A stretch of DNA of 64,000 bases, taken from Setoptus koraiensis. Its lineage: Eukaryota > Animalia > Arthropoda. This document shows, in pieces, positions 35,278-46,200 of the stretch. The notes below the pieces were generated by a model. The model ran no database searches, was not told the origin of the DNA, and saw nothing but the letters and a program-made list of their open reading frames with translations. Position 1 is the first letter of the stretch, and each line of letters begins with the position of its first letter. A program made the translations under genes and the position numbers. The stretch covers positions 11,470,001 through 11,534,000 of the forward strand of contig CM106586.1 in the NCBI GenBank assembly GCA_048013815.1, written 5' to 3'.

Positions 35278-35663
35278 CAAATAGTAAACGAGTCTGAAAG
35301 TTATATTTGATTCAGTTTATTTACGCTCATACCCATTGATGATTTTGGATCTTTCAGAGTGTTATCGACAGACAGATATTATAATGGCATTTGATCAAAA
35401 TCAAGTTTGAAAACCTAGCGCGAGACCTTCTTTGTGATCGGTATCAGCATGATAACTGCTGCACTTGAAATTGTGTAAATTCGACCATTCGAGATTCGAC
35501 TTTAAGTGTTCGACATTTCGATATTCGACGTTTCGATACCAACCGGCCCCGTTATCGCTGTCGACTAGAATTTATTCTTCATGTCAGCTCCGCACCCGGC
35601 TGACTTCCTGTATTTTGTCGTTTTCATCTACTTGGTTGTCTCCTCCTACTTTTGCCCCGCTTC

Positions 35664-36608
35664 TTACCCATGCGAATTAATGATACTTTCAATCCAATCG
35701 AGATAATGGGTCAATCTTGTGTAAACGTTGTATTTTAGTTTACATCCAATTCGTGTAAAACTAGCTATGCCAATTTGTGCCCAGCGATTATTTAGCGGTA
35801 TCATGGCCGGTCCACCTGAGTCGCCATAGCAGGCGGAAGACTTCAGCATGCCATTTTCATCATGTTCGCCGAGGCAGATCATTTCTTCTGCAAAGTACCT
35901 TTCAATATAGGAATTCAAAGCATGGGCACATTCTTCTACGGAAACAAGAGGAACATGGGCAACTTGCAGCACATCTGGAAGCGTATCCGTCCGGGGGTTT
36001 TCTATTGTGGTTTCTATTGCGCCAAAACCTATGATAGTCAGATTTGATCCTGGCTCAAGATTGATGTCTCTAGTCGGCAAACAGATTGGCCTGATCGAAT
36101 CAGTCCATTCAATTGGTCTGGTTAATTTCACCAGGGCAATATCATTCTTATTCGTATTTTCTTCATAAAGAGGATGCACGAATTTCTCCTCTACCTCGTG
36201 AATTCTTTCAGTTGGGTCGTATTTGTCTCGACTATGGTCACCAAGAATTACTTGGTCGGTTTCTCTATGAATACAATGTGCCGCTGTCAGAATAAAATAT
36301 TCATTCAAAATGGATCCTCCACAGTCGGGAAGGCGTGCGGGAAGGCGTGCCATCCACGGATAGAAGTCGGGCTCTGCTGGTTGGCCATTCGTTATTCTGG
36401 TTCTACCAAATTTATTTACACCGCATTCAATTTGTTGTCTTGGTCGCCCATTGGGCCGTTTTCTGCCTCCTCGTGAATATCCGTTACGATGGCCGGATAT
36501 TTCTCCCGGTTCATGGAAATTGGCGTACACGTAGACATAGTCAGTCGCCAGAAAACCCACCACAGCGAGCGGTAACAACGACTTCAAGAGCATTGCGACG
36601 TTTTTCAA
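35664..36608 (-). CDS. Secreted S1A serine protease, copy 2
   Basis: Close paralog of 34198-35133 with intact triad; in-frame 12-bp tandem duplication at 36326-36349 (ARLP twice). Confidence 0.95.
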   Translation of the reverse strand: MKNVAMLLKSLLPLAVVGFLATDYVYVYANFHEPGEISGHRNGYSRGGRKRPNGRPRQQIECGVNKFGRTRITNGQPAEPDFYPWMARLPARLPDCGGSILNEYFILTAAHCIHRETDQVILGDHSRDKYDPTERIHEVEEKFVHPLYEENTNKNDIALVKLTRPIEWTDSIRPICLPTRDINLEPGSNLTIIGFGAIETTIENPRTDTLPDVLQVAHVPLVSVEECAHALNSYIERYFAEEMICLGEHDENGMLKSSACYGDSGGPAMIPLNNRWAQIGIASFTRIGCKLKYNVYTRLTHYLDWIESIINSHG

Positions 36609-36729
36609 AAACTATGAACTATTGTGATCTAGCCAATCTCCGAGTGCCACACAACAGTGATTCGCAGAATAAATTTTTGCAATCACCACTGACTGATGGT
36701 GGTAATTAAATACTAGGCTGAGCAACAGG

Positions 36730-36732
<3 letters not shown>

Positions 36733-36790
<58 letters not shown>
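36733..36790. repeat. (GA)n microsatellite, right boundary of protease duplication
   Basis: Visible tract. Confidence 0.95.
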
Positions 36791-36795
<5 letters not shown>

Positions 36796-37626
36796 AAGTG
36801 CTAATAATTAAAATTAAGCGCTGAAAATCAATCATGTACACAGTCATTGGGTATCGTCTAAAAGAGTTGGCATGTCTCGAACAAATATCAATCTGAGATG
36901 CTGTTACAAACTTGGCTTGGAACTGTAGCCCATTTCTGATCGCGATTGGCTCGTTTGCATTATATGTGTTCAGTGGTGGTGAGTCTGGCCATGTTCTAAC
37001 CTCTGAGAAGGCCTTTGTTAGATCGTAGGGAGGTTACGATCGTAGATCTTTTAAACTTTAATAACGAGAAATGTCACGATATTTGTCACGATATTTTCAC
37101 ACTTTTTTTCTCGTCAGCTGAAATTTTTCTTTTTCTTTAGTTTTCTGGAGATTTGGGAGAGTGAGGGAGAACAGGGGAGTAGAAAATTGATAGAACCTTC
37201 CCGACCTACGATCTCTCCGCCTTAGTCCACTGACTAAGGGGACACCAAGTCTCAATATTGTTGTTTAATTTGCTGAGGCTGCCACTGACGAACTTGCCCG
37301 AGACAATAACCAATCTCATTACGGCATCAGTATCGGTTAATCGCCTGAGCAAGTTTCTCAACAACAAAGAATTGGTGACGTATGTCACTTCTTTGACGGA
37401 TTGCGTAGTGGACAAAAAAATAGGCCTGCAGCCATTATTGAAAGATATCAACTTTCGCGTACCCGAGGGATCTTTTGTTGCCATTGTCGGGCAGATCGCA
37501 AACGGTAAAGGTTCGCTTCTCTGCTCAATTTTGGGCGAAATGCACCCGATAAGAGGAAAGTTCAGCATTTGTAAATCCCTCACTTTGGCCTACGTGCCCC
37601 GCAGCGTTAGGCGAATGGATCAATGA
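36788..37626 (+). pseudogene. ABCC/MRP-family fragment (end of TMD1 and start of NBD1)
   Basis: ELACL..*DAVTNLAWNCSPFLIAIGSFALYV..EKAFV / SILLFNLLRLPL..ASVSVNRLSKFL..LKDINFRVPEGSFVAIVG..AYVP. In-frame TGA at 36894, degenerate Walker A (GQIANGKGS), insertion at ~37017-37248, truncated at both ends. Confidence 0.87.
37017..37248 (+). mobile_element. ~230-bp non-autonomous Helentron/HINE (DINE-1-like) element
   Basis: Subterminal inverted repeat AGATCGTAGG (37020-37029) / CCTACGATCT (37205-37214), partial inverted copy next to the 5' repeat, and 3' hairpin CCTTAGTC-CACT-GACTAAGG (37220-37239). Interrupts the MRP reading frame at AFV|SIL. Confidence 0.65.
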
Positions 37627-37719
37627 GAAGCTCTTCGATTTGTGGCAATTGTGCAATTTATTTCAATGAAGAAACTAGCATGTGATTGTAACAATGTTGT
37701 ATAATAACAAGCGACGCTA

Positions 37720-40458
37720 CTACACCGAAATACGTATCATCCACGACAGCGACATAAAAGCGAGCACCCTGAAAACTAGTAGCATAACGATTAACGCAAC
37801 GAAGCATAGCGTCAAATCTGAGTCGTTGAGCTCGTAATCCAACATTGGGAAGGGTTTCAATTGATCGCAAGAAGTTATGTTAAATCCGAAATTTCTCGCC
37901 TGTTCCAGTGATCTGCTCAATTTGTCCACCAGATCCATGGAATCGGTTTCATTCGTTGGCGCGACAAGCGCCGTGGAGTTATTTTGTTGTTGCGCATAGT
38001 CCTGTTTGAATGTGTCCAACCAGATACTGATGATGGCCTTGGAATTTTGCGGCAATACGTGATCCTGTTGCACCCCAAACATCTCATCCTCGCACTGGCA
38101 TCTGCCAAATCCGTAACGGCTCACAATGAACCCATTGAGCACATAAGTGAAATAAGACAATTTGCCAAACACTTGCAATATGAAGGGCAAACTATTGGTT
38201 CGCAGCAAGAATCCGCTCACAACAACCAGAGGTGCAGTTGAGGCCGGTGCCACAAACACTGCCGATTGAACTGCATTCATTAGGTAGGCTCCAAACATGA
38301 GGCCCTGTGTCTGGGCGATCAGTGTGGCCAGCACCACTAGAATTGCAACGGAAAAGAATCGCCAATTGTAATAAGATTCAGCCTGGCCGGTTAAATGATA
38401 TGATATTGCCATCGCTAGCACAACATTGAATGTTGGCATTGGCAAATCGGCCAATGTTCGACCAATGAAATACGACGACAAATTGTACCAGCCATTTCTG
38501 TATTCTTTCAATAGCACATGAACGGCCAATGGAAACGTGAGCGATGTTACACAAACGGCCGCGAATACTATAACATAAATCTGAAAGAACATGTATCCCA
38601 AATTTTCCAATGTTGTCCTCAATTCCATTTGCAATTCGGCTATTGTGTCTCTGCCATTGTAGGCCTCGTCCACCAGATCAAGGGGCCCCACTTTGGGACA
38701 GGCCTCTGCCTGGTAGCCATAGAAGGCGTATGAAATCAACAATGGCACAGCCACGTGAAGGAATACCTGTAACGTGCATAACATGGGGTCACGCAAAATG
38801 GTTAACCAGGTCCTGTGACAATGATAAATAACGTGCTTGAAGAATTTCGCATCCTTCTGACTGTTTGCATAATCCAAACACAATCGCTTGTCTAAATCGG
38901 CTTGTCTGCTAGGATTGTAGCTACTATAATCATAATATGGTTGCTTGGTGAGTTGTGTCACAAGCTTGTCGTTGTTGGTGAATGATTGCTCCTCGAACGG
39001 TGTCAATTTTTGTTGTTCATGGGATTCTTGTCCGTTGTTCGTGCAATTGACTACACTTTTATTTCGGTGTTTCTGCTGATGCATTCTATTCATTGTGTTC
39101 ACTAATTCAAAGCCAAATTTATGCGACGCAGCCTCAACTATCAATTTGGCCGGATTATACGATTGCTGCTCAAGAGATTGTCGCAGAGTCAACAATTCAT
39201 TTGACGCCTCCATTTTGTTTACATTATTCAATTTTGGCTTATCAGTGAGTTTGTTCGTCAAGCTGAGTCCTCTAACGTCAGCGTGGTGACTGGTTATTAT
39301 CTCAGTGGCTTGTGTCAAAGTCGATCCAATGTCGTCCACGGAACCTTCATATATCGAACGACCACCAGACGCTATAACATAGACGTGCTGAAATAATCGA
39401 AACACCTCAACGTCTGGCTGATGAATGCTTGCAATAATAGCCATCGGTTGTGGATTAGATTTAATCAAATCTCTCAACGCCATGACAGTATTATAACAGG
39501 TGACGGCGTCCAAACCGGAAGTGGGCTCATCTAAAATCATAATGTCAGGATTTGATAGAAGCTCCTGTCCGATGCTTACTCTTTTATACTGGCCACCGCT
39601 TAATTTGCTGCAATATTGCTTAGAGCAAACAGTCAGATTTAGTTGCTCTAGAACGCGTTGAACATTTTTGAAATGATCAAAATCGTGCTTGTGGGAATTT
39701 TTTAATTTTGACGCAAACATCAACGACTCTGTGACAGTGAGCGTGTTCATTAAATGATCCACTTGGGGTATTATCACTATCTTGAGATCGCGCTTGACGC
39801 CATCGTGAAAAATAACCTCGGTCTTGCCGCTCAATCCGCGTCGTTTCTTGCCAACTAAACAGTCTACCAGTGTAGACTTGCCCGCACCACTTGGACCGAG
39901 AATGGCCGACAATTGGCCCGATCTGAAGGATCCGTTCAGGGAGTTTAGTATGAGCTTGCGAGCACTGGATAATTTGTACCATTTTGAGCCGATTATATAA
40001 TCCAAATTGGACCATTTAATTGTGAAATGTGACAACATTGATTCGTCTGCGGTTGCAGACGACGCGTAATCGCTAGTTTTGTTGTCGCTCAGGGAGTTTG
40101 CCGATATTGATTTTGATTCATTGTTGCCCATGGACACTCCATCTTCTAAGCTGAACGCTTTGTTGAAATGACCCTCGGCCGACATGTTTTGCGGCGAAAT
40201 TGTTGGTTGCGACGACGAGCTGTCTGCACCGGTTGAATAAAGGTCCAATGCGATGGAAGAGGCGTCCGATTCGGAGCCCACGTAAGCGGGGTCCTTCTTC
40301 GATTGATCTAATTGACCGTTATCGCTCACCGACGACAGCGTGTCGCCCATTTTACTTGCTTCTGTTACTTGTAGCGGATGCGTGTGCATAATAGATAGAC
40401 GAGGTTGCTGGTCAGTTTGTTCACTGGCAAAACGACTGAATTTCGTCAGCGTTATCAT
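37720..40458 (-). CDS. ABCG half-transporter (ABCG1/4-like), 912 aa, single exon
   Basis: NBD-TMD order; GPSGAGKST, LSGGQYKR, ILDEPTSGLD, SIHQP motifs; TFPL..EYRNGWY..ADLP TMD motif. Confidence 0.93.
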   Translation of the reverse strand: MITLTKFSRFASEQTDQQPRLSIMHTHPLQVTEASKMGDTLSSVSDNGQLDQSKKDPAYVGSESDASSIALDLYSTGADSSSSQPTISPQNMSAEGHFNKAFSLEDGVSMGNNESKSISANSLSDNKTSDYASSATADESMLSHFTIKWSNLDYIIGSKWYKLSSARKLILNSLNGSFRSGQLSAILGPSGAGKSTLVDCLVGKKRRGLSGKTEVIFHDGVKRDLKIVIIPQVDHLMNTLTVTESLMFASKLKNSHKHDFDHFKNVQRVLEQLNLTVCSKQYCSKLSGGQYKRVSIGQELLSNPDIMILDEPTSGLDAVTCYNTVMALRDLIKSNPQPMAIIASIHQPDVEVFRLFQHVYVIASGGRSIYEGSVDDIGSTLTQATEIITSHHADVRGLSLTNKLTDKPKLNNVNKMEASNELLTLRQSLEQQSYNPAKLIVEAASHKFGFELVNTMNRMHQQKHRNKSVVNCTNNGQESHEQQKLTPFEEQSFTNNDKLVTQLTKQPYYDYSSYNPSRQADLDKRLCLDYANSQKDAKFFKHVIYHCHRTWLTILRDPMLCTLQVFLHVAVPLLISYAFYGYQAEACPKVGPLDLVDEAYNGRDTIAELQMELRTTLENLGYMFFQIYVIVFAAVCVTSLTFPLAVHVLLKEYRNGWYNLSSYFIGRTLADLPMPTFNVVLAMAISYHLTGQAESYYNWRFFSVAILVVLATLIAQTQGLMFGAYLMNAVQSAVFVAPASTAPLVVVSGFLLRTNSLPFILQVFGKLSYFTYVLNGFIVSRYGFGRCQCEDEMFGVQQDHVLPQNSKAIISIWLDTFKQDYAQQQNNSTALVAPTNETDSMDLVDKLSRSLEQARNFGFNITSCDQLKPFPMLDYELNDSDLTLCFVALIVMLLVFRVLAFMSLSWMIRISV

Positions 40459-43219
40459 CTGATTTCAGATTCGATACTTTCCAGTTGGTTAGTTGCTGTT
40501 GAATTGATTCAGTTTGCTAAGTTTGTCACAGGACGAAGGTCATTGTTTGATTTGCCAAGTTGAGTTAAAAACTCATCAGCTGTATATATATCGTTCACTA
40601 TGTTGTTAAGTTGTTGGCGCCTAATTAATTAATATTGAATCTATCGGAGATACCGCCGAGTGCATTTAACTAAAAAGTTCTTTTAACTTTGTAAAGCAGC
40701 GACGCAAAAGTTTTGTGCCACCATCCTCTCGCCTATTCCGATACTCGGCGCACGCATGCTAAAGACTCTTCAATTGAGCTGCCGATCTTTTCAATTGAAA
40801 ACTGGTTTTTGGCAAGCTCTTTTCTCTCCGTCTGTCTGTTTGTGCGACTAAACGAAAAGAAACCACGAAAGTGTTACAACAAGTGTAACCTTTCGCCTTG
40901 CCGTCACAACTTGTGAGAATCCAGTGAGCGTGCTCTCCACACGGTAGAAGAGAAGGCTCGGCGAACTCGCTCACACTATTTACATAGTGCACAACAATCG
41001 CCTCTTGAGATTGTCTTCGCCTCTCGATTGTTCATCCGTCTGTTTCCATTCTTTTAAACGCTCCTTCGTGTCGCGATTTGTCACTTGCCGACTGAACGCT
41101 TCTGGCTCACTGGCAAACAAACTCTCAATTGGTATTCGTGCGAAGCGACGAATTTGTTTTTCCTCTCGATTAGGTTCTTTTTCGGTACGCATCATGAACA
41201 TAATCAGCATCATGACGACATCATTTCACTGGCGACAATAACAATGCATTTGTGCTCGTCATATGAGGTCAGTGCAGGCTAGCGTCTATTACACAATTGA
41301 CGGAAGTGACAAAAGTGCAATACCCTTCACCGTGTAAATTTCCCGATGACAGTCGATTACAAAATTGAAATCTTATCTAATTTGATGCAGGCGCCCCCGG
41401 AAGCACAGTGGATGCCTTCGCTTTGTTCCATCCGCATTCGTGTGATTCGTGTTGGTGTGCGAGTTTAGTCAGGATCGAACATCGAAAAACTCCACCGAAA
41501 AAGTAAACCAGAAAACAGTGAAAAAGGATTCAAATTAGTGCGTGCTTGTCGCCTCAACAGACCCCTGCCTCATTTGTGCAGCAAACGCGCATACAAGTAT
41601 CGTTAGTACGTAAACTGGCTAATACTCAATAATAAATTAATTAGAGAGGAGACTTGAACGAGATTGGTGCATTTAGCAGTTGACAACAAGACGAGAGCGA
41701 AACACTCGAACAGAGAGTTATGATTTAACCTTTTGGAAGCGATATCGTAATTATAAATTGATAAGTTCCTTTGAGTTAGTTGATTAACGGAAAGTTTGTT
41801 GCAATAGAAGCTGGCTGTGATTGCATACAAACGGAGATGGGAACTACTAGTGGGAGTCATCAATTTATTGGGTACAATATAACTGATTCAACATTAATTT
41901 ATAATTTATTATCAATTACGATGATATTTAACACGTACAACATCCAGCAGCGAGACTATTGTGTCGTGCTGGCGAGAATCCATTACAGAGATCAGTGACG
42001 GCGAATGCATTTTGTAATTTAAGTAACAGTGTAATCATATTTGCATGGTTGGCAACTTATCAGTTATTGTTGCTGCAGGCAATGATTAGTATAATGCCGA
42101 ATGATACGGTTGATTTGAAGTATAGCTATTTGAAATTTTCGTTAAAATATGAAAGTTCAAAGATTTGCACACTCTCACACTTGTGTCGGCTTGCACAGCA
42201 TCAACGGGACACCAATTCAGCGGCAACATTCCCGGAATAAAAATGAGTAGACATGCTGGCAAAGCCAAGCATGTATTTTCAAGATCAGTCCTTTTCAATG
42301 ACAGTTGTATGGGTAAAACTCAAGTTGTCATCGAACTTTCGCCGTTTGAGCTTCGATTTTTTTATTGATTTTTTCCCTGGCGGCTAACAAGATGCTGAAC
42401 AATGATAAAAATATTTCCACTTGATGAACGAAAAAACCACTTGTTGCTAGTGCCAAAACCCATTGACAAACCACACAGACCAAATCTCAACAGAGTGATA
42501 ATGATAAAATAAAATGACGATCTCACCACTATGCAAATAGGCAACTTGTTTGCAATTTGCATAGCACTATTAATGTTGGCGCTCGCTGAGATGAATTTCG
42601 CTGCTTCATCGCGCCACCACCGCTACCTCTTTGTGTCCCGGCGTGTGATCTTTGGAACAAAAATCAGCGTGACTCACAGCCGCGTAAGCTTGGTTTCTTT
42701 GGAAACTTTCTTTTCCGGTGACGAACACAATCTTACATCAATTATCTGTGCAGATCGATAGAGCATACACAGAATAGAGTCAGTGAAGGTGAGCGGTGAG
42801 AAGGGACTTTTATTATGCACCCCGTCATGATGATTATCGTAGCGTTATGTAAATTTACTTGGTCGACTAATTGGGACCAACACTCACAAACATGCACAAA
42901 CTTACACGAATATATAAATGTATAAATAGGCAATTAGGCATGACAGCTAATTTACAAGTTTCGTCACATGTGGCGCGATATTGTGTGATGATGGCATTAA
43001 AGTTGCAAGGACGCCAACAAGAGAGGACGAACACGAGAATGATAATATCGACGAGACATGTGCTTGCGATAACATTTGAAAGAAAACTTTCCTTTGCAAC
43101 AACGACAACAATTTATTATTATTATTCTCATTTCACATGTGTAGATTTGAATGTGTTAAACTCATTTCGATGTATTACAATTGTGTGCTAATCTTTCGCC
43201 TCGAAATTTCGACGAGCCT

Positions 43220-46200
43220 TCAAGGAACAGACCAACTAGAGATGCGACCACTGGCATCACCCACATACACTAATCTGTGATCTTTCGAGACAGCCAATGC
43301 GGTGACGGCCACATTTGCGTTGTTCTTTCGCACCAATTTTGCCCTGAGATGTAGCTCGCGTTTCCACGAATGGCCAGGCAACAAACTGTCCTGGTATTGA
43401 TTGGCAAGTGCGTTGATGTTTCTGTTGCTGGCATTTGTGTTGGAATTGCTGGCTTGATTGTTGAGCGCTGATCCAGAGGCCGGCGATGTGCTCAACAAAA
43501 CGAACGATTCCACTAGCGATGTATCGGATCTTGAGAAGCGTATTTGCGAATTTGTAGGAACGCCACTGGGCGACAAAGAATTGTTGCTCGGATTTGTGCT
43601 TTTCGATCTGACATCGTCAGGACAATGTTGTGGTGTGCTGTTGTTGTCATTGGCCTGACAACTGCTACTAACGGTGGTGTTGTCGCTATTTGCCGATGTT
43701 GCTCGCGACGCTGTATTGCTCTGATTGTCCTGAGTGACTCGAATGGTTGTAGAGGCCGACGACGACAATTGAACCCAATCAGACGGATATTCGGCATTGA
43801 TCACTTGATCGTGCTCGTCGGAATTGTTAGAATCACAAGACGACGTCACAGATGACCTATCGCTCATCTTGTCCCGTTGTCCATTCTTGCCTGAAATCTC
43901 TTTCTGTTGTATGTAGCGCAAACTCCACAGCAATACGGCACCATCGCTAGATCCGGTCAGAATGACCTCGTCGGAATTCCACTCATTATATTGTGAGAAG
44001 GCCACGCTCAATATTTGCTGTTGTCCTGCTGAATTGGGCCTTCTCATTGACACCTGTCTGTTGAGGCCGCAGTTTGAATCGACCTTGGCCAGCAATTCGC
44101 CGTTGATCGACCACAAATAAAGCCAACTTGAGGCACATGTCGCAATGTCGCCTGTGAGCTCATTGATGGCAATGGCCGATATGGGCCCGCTGTGGACCAG
44201 ATTTTGAGACGATCCTCCGCCCAATTGACGCACAAATGTAAAACGATTCAGGTCCCATATCACTGCTGTCCTGTCTCTACTTCCGCTCACTATCATACTA
44301 TAGGCTTGTGAGGATGCCAAACAGGTTATTGGCTCTACGTGACCGTAGAGATTTAGCATTGGCGTAAATGCGCGCATCTTCTCTATTTTCCACACAGTTA
44401 TCAATGAGTCAGTTCCGGCCGTAATCATGGTCCGATTGTTGGGTATTGTACAGCAGAGTATTTCGTTGGCACCGTGACTCTCGTCTCCCTCCCAGATAAA
44501 TATTGGCCGCTCGCTGTCGTATAGGCCCAATCTCAAGCTTCTATCAGCGAAGCCCCAAGCGATGTAACGACAATGCTCGGGCGGTATCAATATTTTGTTT
44601 TGCTCCACTGCAACAAGATTTTTATCCACTTGCACTATCTGTCCAACGGCACCTCTGACATCCTTATAAGTAGTGTTATTTTGGCGCAATTGATTCAAAT
44701 TATATATAAACACTTTGTTGGCCAACTGAGACGACGAACCCGCCAAAGATGGTAATATTGGTGTCAGGGGAAGTGGCGACAAACCTGCCGAGTGCACCTT
44801 CCTAACTGGATGCGGCTTCTTGAAGAGTTGTTTCGGTACTTGGCCGAAGTTGTTGATGAACCCTATAACGGCATTCTTCTTGATGGGATCAATGTCAGTG
44901 TTGTATATATCAACGTTGCCCTCGTAAAACAAATGATGAAACACATTCACAGCGTCCACGGCAGGCTGGCCTTGTTGCTTGTAGCCAAATATGAGATCAA
45001 TCCATTCATGCAAATGACACGATACAAAATCACTCTCTAGAGCGCAACGATTCAATCTTATAAACTCTCTTGGATCGCCTTTGGCCCACGGTGGCAAAAT
45101 GACATTGTCCAACTGATTGCCCGATTGTTTGATGCCTAAATCAAACCTGTTCGAGTTAAGTAGAAACTCGGGCAGATAGAAGAACTCGGGTATCAATTCT
45201 TTGATGTCGGCCATATTGTGTTTAGAGGCAGACAGCCACGAGTCGCCAATTGAATGAAACATTCTGTCAGCCAGGTCGAAATGGCCACCCTGCAAACGGA
45301 GAAAATGTTGCGTGAAGGGTTCCATGCGCACAAGATAAGAGGCAACAATCATGGCCGATGAATAAAATGTTCCATAGTGGTAGGGTGGCGTCTCTGTATC
45401 GTCCCATTCAGCGTAGCGTTTCTTGAATTGTTCCAAACGCTCTTTCGTTTGAGCTCCAACAGGCCGAGATAAATCCCTGAAAGTGGCTGGGTTGGCGAGA
45501 TCTAGACTGTTTGAGCTATAGTCGGCCAAAATCCAGGGAAATATCGGATATTGCATGAGATCGTTGTATGAGCGTCCTGCAATCGTATTGAGGTTCATGA
45601 GATATTGAAAGTTGCTTATCTCGCCCCTAATCCAACGTTGCGTGACAGATGTCTCGCCTATCAGACTGGACAATAGACCGCTACCTCCCTCAACGCTAAC
45701 ATTAAGCTTCTGGCCGGCAAGAGAGTCTTGGGCATTGTTTGTCAATTGTGTTGCCATCGACATGAATCTCGAATACACTTTGTTGCGTATGTTGCGCGGA
45801 AATGCAATCAATGTGTTTCGTCCATCCAGAGAGAATACTTCCAAGGCGATAGGCTGAAGTAGGTATCTTCTTTTGTGGACTTCGACAATTGTATCCAGCG
45901 CAAACTTGGCACAACTCTTTTTCGTGTGCGACGAACGGATATTTGGCGTGGAATTGGGTATAATTGGATCGTGCACGTCACCAGGTAAACTATCGATGTC
46001 TTTAATTTCTCTCGTTTTCAACAAGGTGAATCCGTCTATAAGATAAAAGTGCTCTCTACCAAACAACAGCAATCCCTCGTATGTGTCCAATCCTTGAACT
46101 CTGCAACACCGGAACATGTGCGATATGCGTTCGTTTCTTTCGAGCAGCCTTATAACAGTCTGAGAGTCAATACTTTCCTCTTGGGCCAAATTGCTTTCTG

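Noticed and set aside
43030-43115. CCRCCKGKFSFKCYRKH downstream of WDFY3 as a FYVE remnant
   Set aside because: Out of frame, preceded by stops, no HHC or later Cys pairs; overlaps a TTG-type microsatellite.
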